Below are positions 16,508-19,180 of a DNA stretch of 19,180 nucleotides, piece by piece. The translations under genes were made by a program, and so were the position numbers. The stretch is from Bdellovibrionia bacterium (GTDB taxonomy: Bacteria; Bdellovibrionota; UBA1018). The stretch covers positions 1 to 19,180 of the forward strand of contig JBJMMA010000208.1 of the NCBI GenBank assembly GCA_045805065.1. Reading direction: 5' to 3'. Within the stretch, counting starts at the first letter, position 1. Each line of letters opens with the position of its first letter. A model generated the notes under the pieces. The model did not search any database. It saw only the letters and a program-made list of their open reading frames with translations, and was not told where the DNA came from.

Positions 16508-16536
16508 TTGACGCGGCGGGCGTAATTCGATACGTT
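16508..16536 (+). promoter_or_regulatory. Sigma70-type promoter for tatA
   Basis: TTGACG (16508-16513), 17-nt spacer, TACGTT (16531-16536), 24 nt upstream of the tatA ATG. Confidence 0.55.
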
Positions 16537-16560
16537 AACGGATAAAGAAGGATTAAACCC

Positions 16561-16740
16561 ATGTTCGGACTCAGCTTAGGCCATATCTTGATTTTGACTG
16601 TTGTTGTCCTGCTTTTCGGCGCTAAACGCCTACCTGAGCTCGGTCATGCGATGGGCATGGGGCTCGGCGCCTTCAAAAAAGGCCTCGAAGGCAAGGGCTT
16701 GGACGATAACGAGCCTAAAGATCCCAAGAAGCTGACTTAA
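16561..16740 (+). CDS. tatA: Twin-arginine translocase TatA/TatE subunit (59 aa; absent from the ORF track)
   Basis: Translated by hand: MFGLSLGHILILTVVVLLFGAKRLPELGHAMGMGLGAFKKGLEGKGLDDNEPKDPKKLT. Has a TM helix, FG hinge, 'RLPELG' and 'FKK'. AAGGA SD upstream. Confidence 0.9.
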   Translation: MFGLSLGHILILTVVVLLFGAKRLPELGHAMGMGLGAFKKGLEGKGLDDNEPKDPKKLT

Positions 16741-18590
16741 ATCTCTTGCTCGTCAGGCTTCTGTTCCTGGATCTGGTTTTGGCCGGCCTCGTTTGAGGTC
16801 TTGGCCGCACCCGTGCCCGTGGTTGTGAATTCAAACACCTGGCTCGGACGGCTCGTCAACTGACGGGCATACGCGCTCACTCTCCACCAGTAGTGAGTGA
16901 TTCCCTTCATAGGACGGACCAGAAAGAAGTTATCTTTCTGCGAGCGTTTGATCAGGACTTTCTTGAAGCCTGGATCTTGGGAGACTTCGATCACATAGCC
17001 TTCGCTGACCCCGGTCTTTTGCCACGTAAGCAGAACTCCGCCTTCCCAGGCTTCCATATCCTGCGGCGTGATCTTGCTCTTGGATGGAGGCGTGGTTGGA
17101 TCGGGAGGAGGGAAGTCAAAGATGAACTTCTCTTTGGACGAATGGATCGCAAAGCCATTCGGAAGCGTCGTCATGACCTCATAGTACATCTCTTCTTGCG
17201 CGGCACTTTGGCGAGAGACAGTATAGGCGCTCTCGTTCAGATTGAGCTCCTGAACTTTTTCAGTGCCTGTTGAACGATCATAGAGCTTCAGCTTGTAAGT
17301 CTTGGCCGACGGGAACGGCTTCCAGCTCAAACGCACCTTGGCCATGCGTTGACCGCGGTTTCTGACGTTCTCGTTCTTGTTGAAGTCCACGGTCTCAGGT
17401 TGAAGAAGCTCGATTCCCTGGAACACCTTATCCAAAGTAAAGTGAACCTTGCTGGACGTATCGCCCGCTCCGGACACCTGGAACTCATAGTTTCCAGGGC
17501 GCGAGATCGGGACATTGACCGAGTCGGTTTTTTCAAATGCCGTTGTAACGGATTTCTCGAGAAGCACCTTCAGAGCTTTTCCGTTTTCGTCGAGATGAAC
17601 CAGCTTGAGCGCTACGGGAGCCGCACCTTTCGGGCGCTTCCTGCCAGTTACCCCTTTCAAATCTATCTTCCAGGAAAGCTGAACGACTTTCTCGGCAGAG
17701 TTTGTGCCTTTATCCAGCTTGAGCTTCGCGTTTTGCGAAGGCGAGACAATCGAGACTGTCCACTTTGCGGCCTCTGGCTTCGCGGAATGCGACGGCGAAG
17801 GGCTTGGGCTAGGACTTGGCTTCGCGCTTGGAGTTGGGCTCGGGCTTGGAGAAGGCGACGCAGTTGGCGTAGGAGTCGGGGTCGGTGTAGGCGTCGGCGT
17901 TGGACTTGGTTTGGCAACTGCGACTGGCTTAGGCTGCTCTATTTCCGTTGAAATCAGCTGAGGCTTTGGCTGGCCACCCGTGAATCTATTGACCAGGCTT
18001 TCAAGCAAGCTTTCGTCGGCTTCCTTCTGAACGGGATGAGGAGGCGGAACAAACGGATTTTCAGCAGAGACTTTGACGACCTTGGGTGCTCCATCCGAAG
18101 CCACATCGATTTCCTGGGTGCGCGTCCGGATCACGACCTGGCCTTTTTTAGTCGATGCGCCTGGAGAGGCTTTTCCAGTGACTTGACCGGTGACGACTTC
18201 GACACGGGTCGTGCGCGTCACGCCTAAAAGACTGGTATGGCCTTCGTTTTCGAGCTTCACCATGGTGCGTGGCCCAAGCTCGATGGAGCTGCCGTCGTGG
18301 AGCTGAATCGTTGCGGACGAGCTGTCTCCGGTCACGATCGTGTCGCGAACGAAAAGCGATGCGCCTTGTCCGATCACTTTGAAGTCTGCCTGACCGAGCA
18401 TTTCGCGCTTGAGCGGGCCGCCTGCTGTTGAGACTTTCCCGATTTCCTCATGCGCTTGTTCGGGTTCCAGGCCAAAAATGTAGTTCCTCAACGGAAACTC
18501 AGTCACGTAGGCCGCAAGCGATGCCAAAAAAAGCATCATCGCGAATGCGATCAGGACCTTTTCCCAATTTTGGAGCTCGAGATTTTTCAT
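16737..18590 (-). CDS. Membrane-anchored FecR-like-domain protein with Pro/Thr/Ser linker and C-terminal Ig/Fn3-like domains (617 aa)
   Basis: N-terminal TM segment; FecR-like 'LFVRDTIVTGDSSSATIQLHDGSSIELGPRTMVKL'; (PT)n/(PS)n linker; Fn3-like 'LSWKP...Y', 'LTWQK..YVIEVSQDPGF', 'YWWRVSA'. Confidence 0.7.
   Translation of the reverse strand: MKNLELQNWEKVLIAFAMMLFLASLAAYVTEFPLRNYIFGLEPEQAHEEIGKVSTAGGPLKREMLGQADFKVIGQGASLFVRDTIVTGDSSSATIQLHDGSSIELGPRTMVKLENEGHTSLLGVTRTTRVEVVTGQVTGKASPGASTKKGQVVIRTRTQEIDVASDGAPKVVKVSAENPFVPPPHPVQKEADESLLESLVNRFTGGQPKPQLISTEIEQPKPVAVAKPSPTPTPTPTPTPTPTASPSPSPSPTPSAKPSPSPSPSPSHSAKPEAAKWTVSIVSPSQNAKLKLDKGTNSAEKVVQLSWKIDLKGVTGRKRPKGAAPVALKLVHLDENGKALKVLLEKSVTTAFEKTDSVNVPISRPGNYEFQVSGAGDTSSKVHFTLDKVFQGIELLQPETVDFNKNENVRNRGQRMAKVRLSWKPFPSAKTYKLKLYDRSTGTEKVQELNLNESAYTVSRQSAAQEEMYYEVMTTLPNGFAIHSSKEKFIFDFPPPDPTTPPSKSKITPQDMEAWEGGVLLTWQKTGVSEGYVIEVSQDPGFKKVLIKRSQKDNFFLVRPMKGITHYWWRVSAYARQLTSRPSQVFEFTTTGTGAAKTSNEAGQNQIQEQKPDEQEI
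17790..17909 (-). repeat. Pro-Thr/Pro-Ser dipeptide repeat (40-aa linker)
   Basis: Encodes PSPTPTPTPTPTPTPTASPSPSPSPTPSAKPSPSPSPSPS with 6-nt periodicity and varied third positions. Confidence 0.9.
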
Positions 18591-19180
18591 GCCTTCAAAT
18601 TACTTCCCGCGAAAAGCTTTGCTGCGGCAATAGTCACGTCATCGTCCAGTGCTTTGCCTTCGTTGAACTTCATGAACTCGCTGATGAGTGCGTTCACAAT
18701 AGTTGCAGGTCCGTTAGCGAGGTTGCCTTCGACAATCTGGCGTACGCGCTTCTTGCCAAACATGTCTCCGGCCGTGGATTTTCCTTCGGTCAGACCGTCA
18801 GTATAGAAGAATAAAATATCATTTGCACCGATGGAGAAGGTTTTTTCCTCAATGGGTGGGAGATCAGCCTGTTCGCCTAAGCGGGATCCACTCGAGGTTA
18901 AACTATTTAATTTGTATTTATCGCCGTTGCAGTTGAAGAGCCATGGAGGATTGTGAGCTGCGTTGGCGTAGGTCAAGGTTTTGGCGTTGAAATCAATGAC
19001 ACCCATGAAATAGGTCATCATGATGTTGCCCTTGGAAGAATCATGAATCGAGCGATTCAAGTATGAGAGCATCCAAGCGGGCGACAAGTGAAGGCTTGGC
19101 TGATCTTCGATCAGTTTTTTCAGCACGCTGAAGGCGCTGTGAGCCGATGCGGTGATCAGGGCCGATGGAACGCCGTGGCC
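18587..19180 (-). CDS. SpoIIE/RsbU-type PP2C phosphatase, C-terminal part (gene begins outside the window)
   Basis: Frame is open to the window edge: GHGVPSALITASAHS..., 'YANAAHNPP', 'FFYTDGLTE', 'DDDVT'. Its TGA overlaps the FecR-like ATG (ATGA). Confidence 0.92.
   Translation of the reverse strand, partial: GHGVPSALITASAHSAFSVLKKLIEDQPSLHLSPAWMLSYLNRSIHDSSKGNIMMTYFMGVIDFNAKTLTYANAAHNPPWLFNCNGDKYKLNSLTSSGSRLGEQADLPPIEEKTFSIGANDILFFYTDGLTEGKSTAGDMFGKKRVRQIVEGNLANGPATIVNALISEFMKFNEGKALDDDVTIAAAKLFAGSNLKA

Noticed and set aside
17704..17961. Plus-strand ORF with (GV)n/(GL)n repeats
   Set aside because: It is the antisense reading of the Pro-Thr/Pro-Ser linker.
1..19180. CRISPR array, tRNA/rRNA, IS, integrase, prophage or defence island
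   Set aside because: No regularly spaced repeats, RNA-gene signatures, transposase or phage motifs seen; intergenic gaps are all under about 200 nt.

Overview
A 19.2-kb chromosomal window from a Gram-negative bacterium. The gene families present (tandem DUF3015, DUF4105, a Pro/Thr-linker FecR-like protein, a SpoIIE phosphatase, PilZ, orphan secreted proteins) suggest Bdellovibrionota/Oligoflexia, but that is inference only. It is densely coding with about 21 genes; I see no rRNA, tRNA, CRISPR array or mobile element. In order: YcaQ-type DNA glycosylase; putative outer-membrane protein; small secreted Cys protein; DUF3015 x2 - terminator - DUF4105/Lnb-like protein - lipoprotein alpha/beta hydrolase; NRDE/TANGO2 protein and MBL hydrolase; SGNH hydrolase; PilZ protein; CNNM/CBS protein; 2OG-Fe(II) oxygenase; small hypothetical; zf-UBP protein; peptidase-propeller-Omp85-like fusion; FNR-like oxidoreductase; tatA (missed by the ORF track); FecR-like protein; partial SpoIIE phosphatase. 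The best candidate for an undescribed system is the envelope module at 2600-6669. It has a structured leader, two secreted 4-Cys DUF3015 paralogues, a strong terminator abutting the start codon of a His...Cys (permuted papain/Lnb-like) enzyme with a probable outer-membrane barrel, and an overlapping lipoprotein serine hydrolase. The second candidate is the 990-aa metallopeptidase + beta-propeller + Omp85-like barrel fusion. Family calls come from motif recognition by eye, not from database searches.
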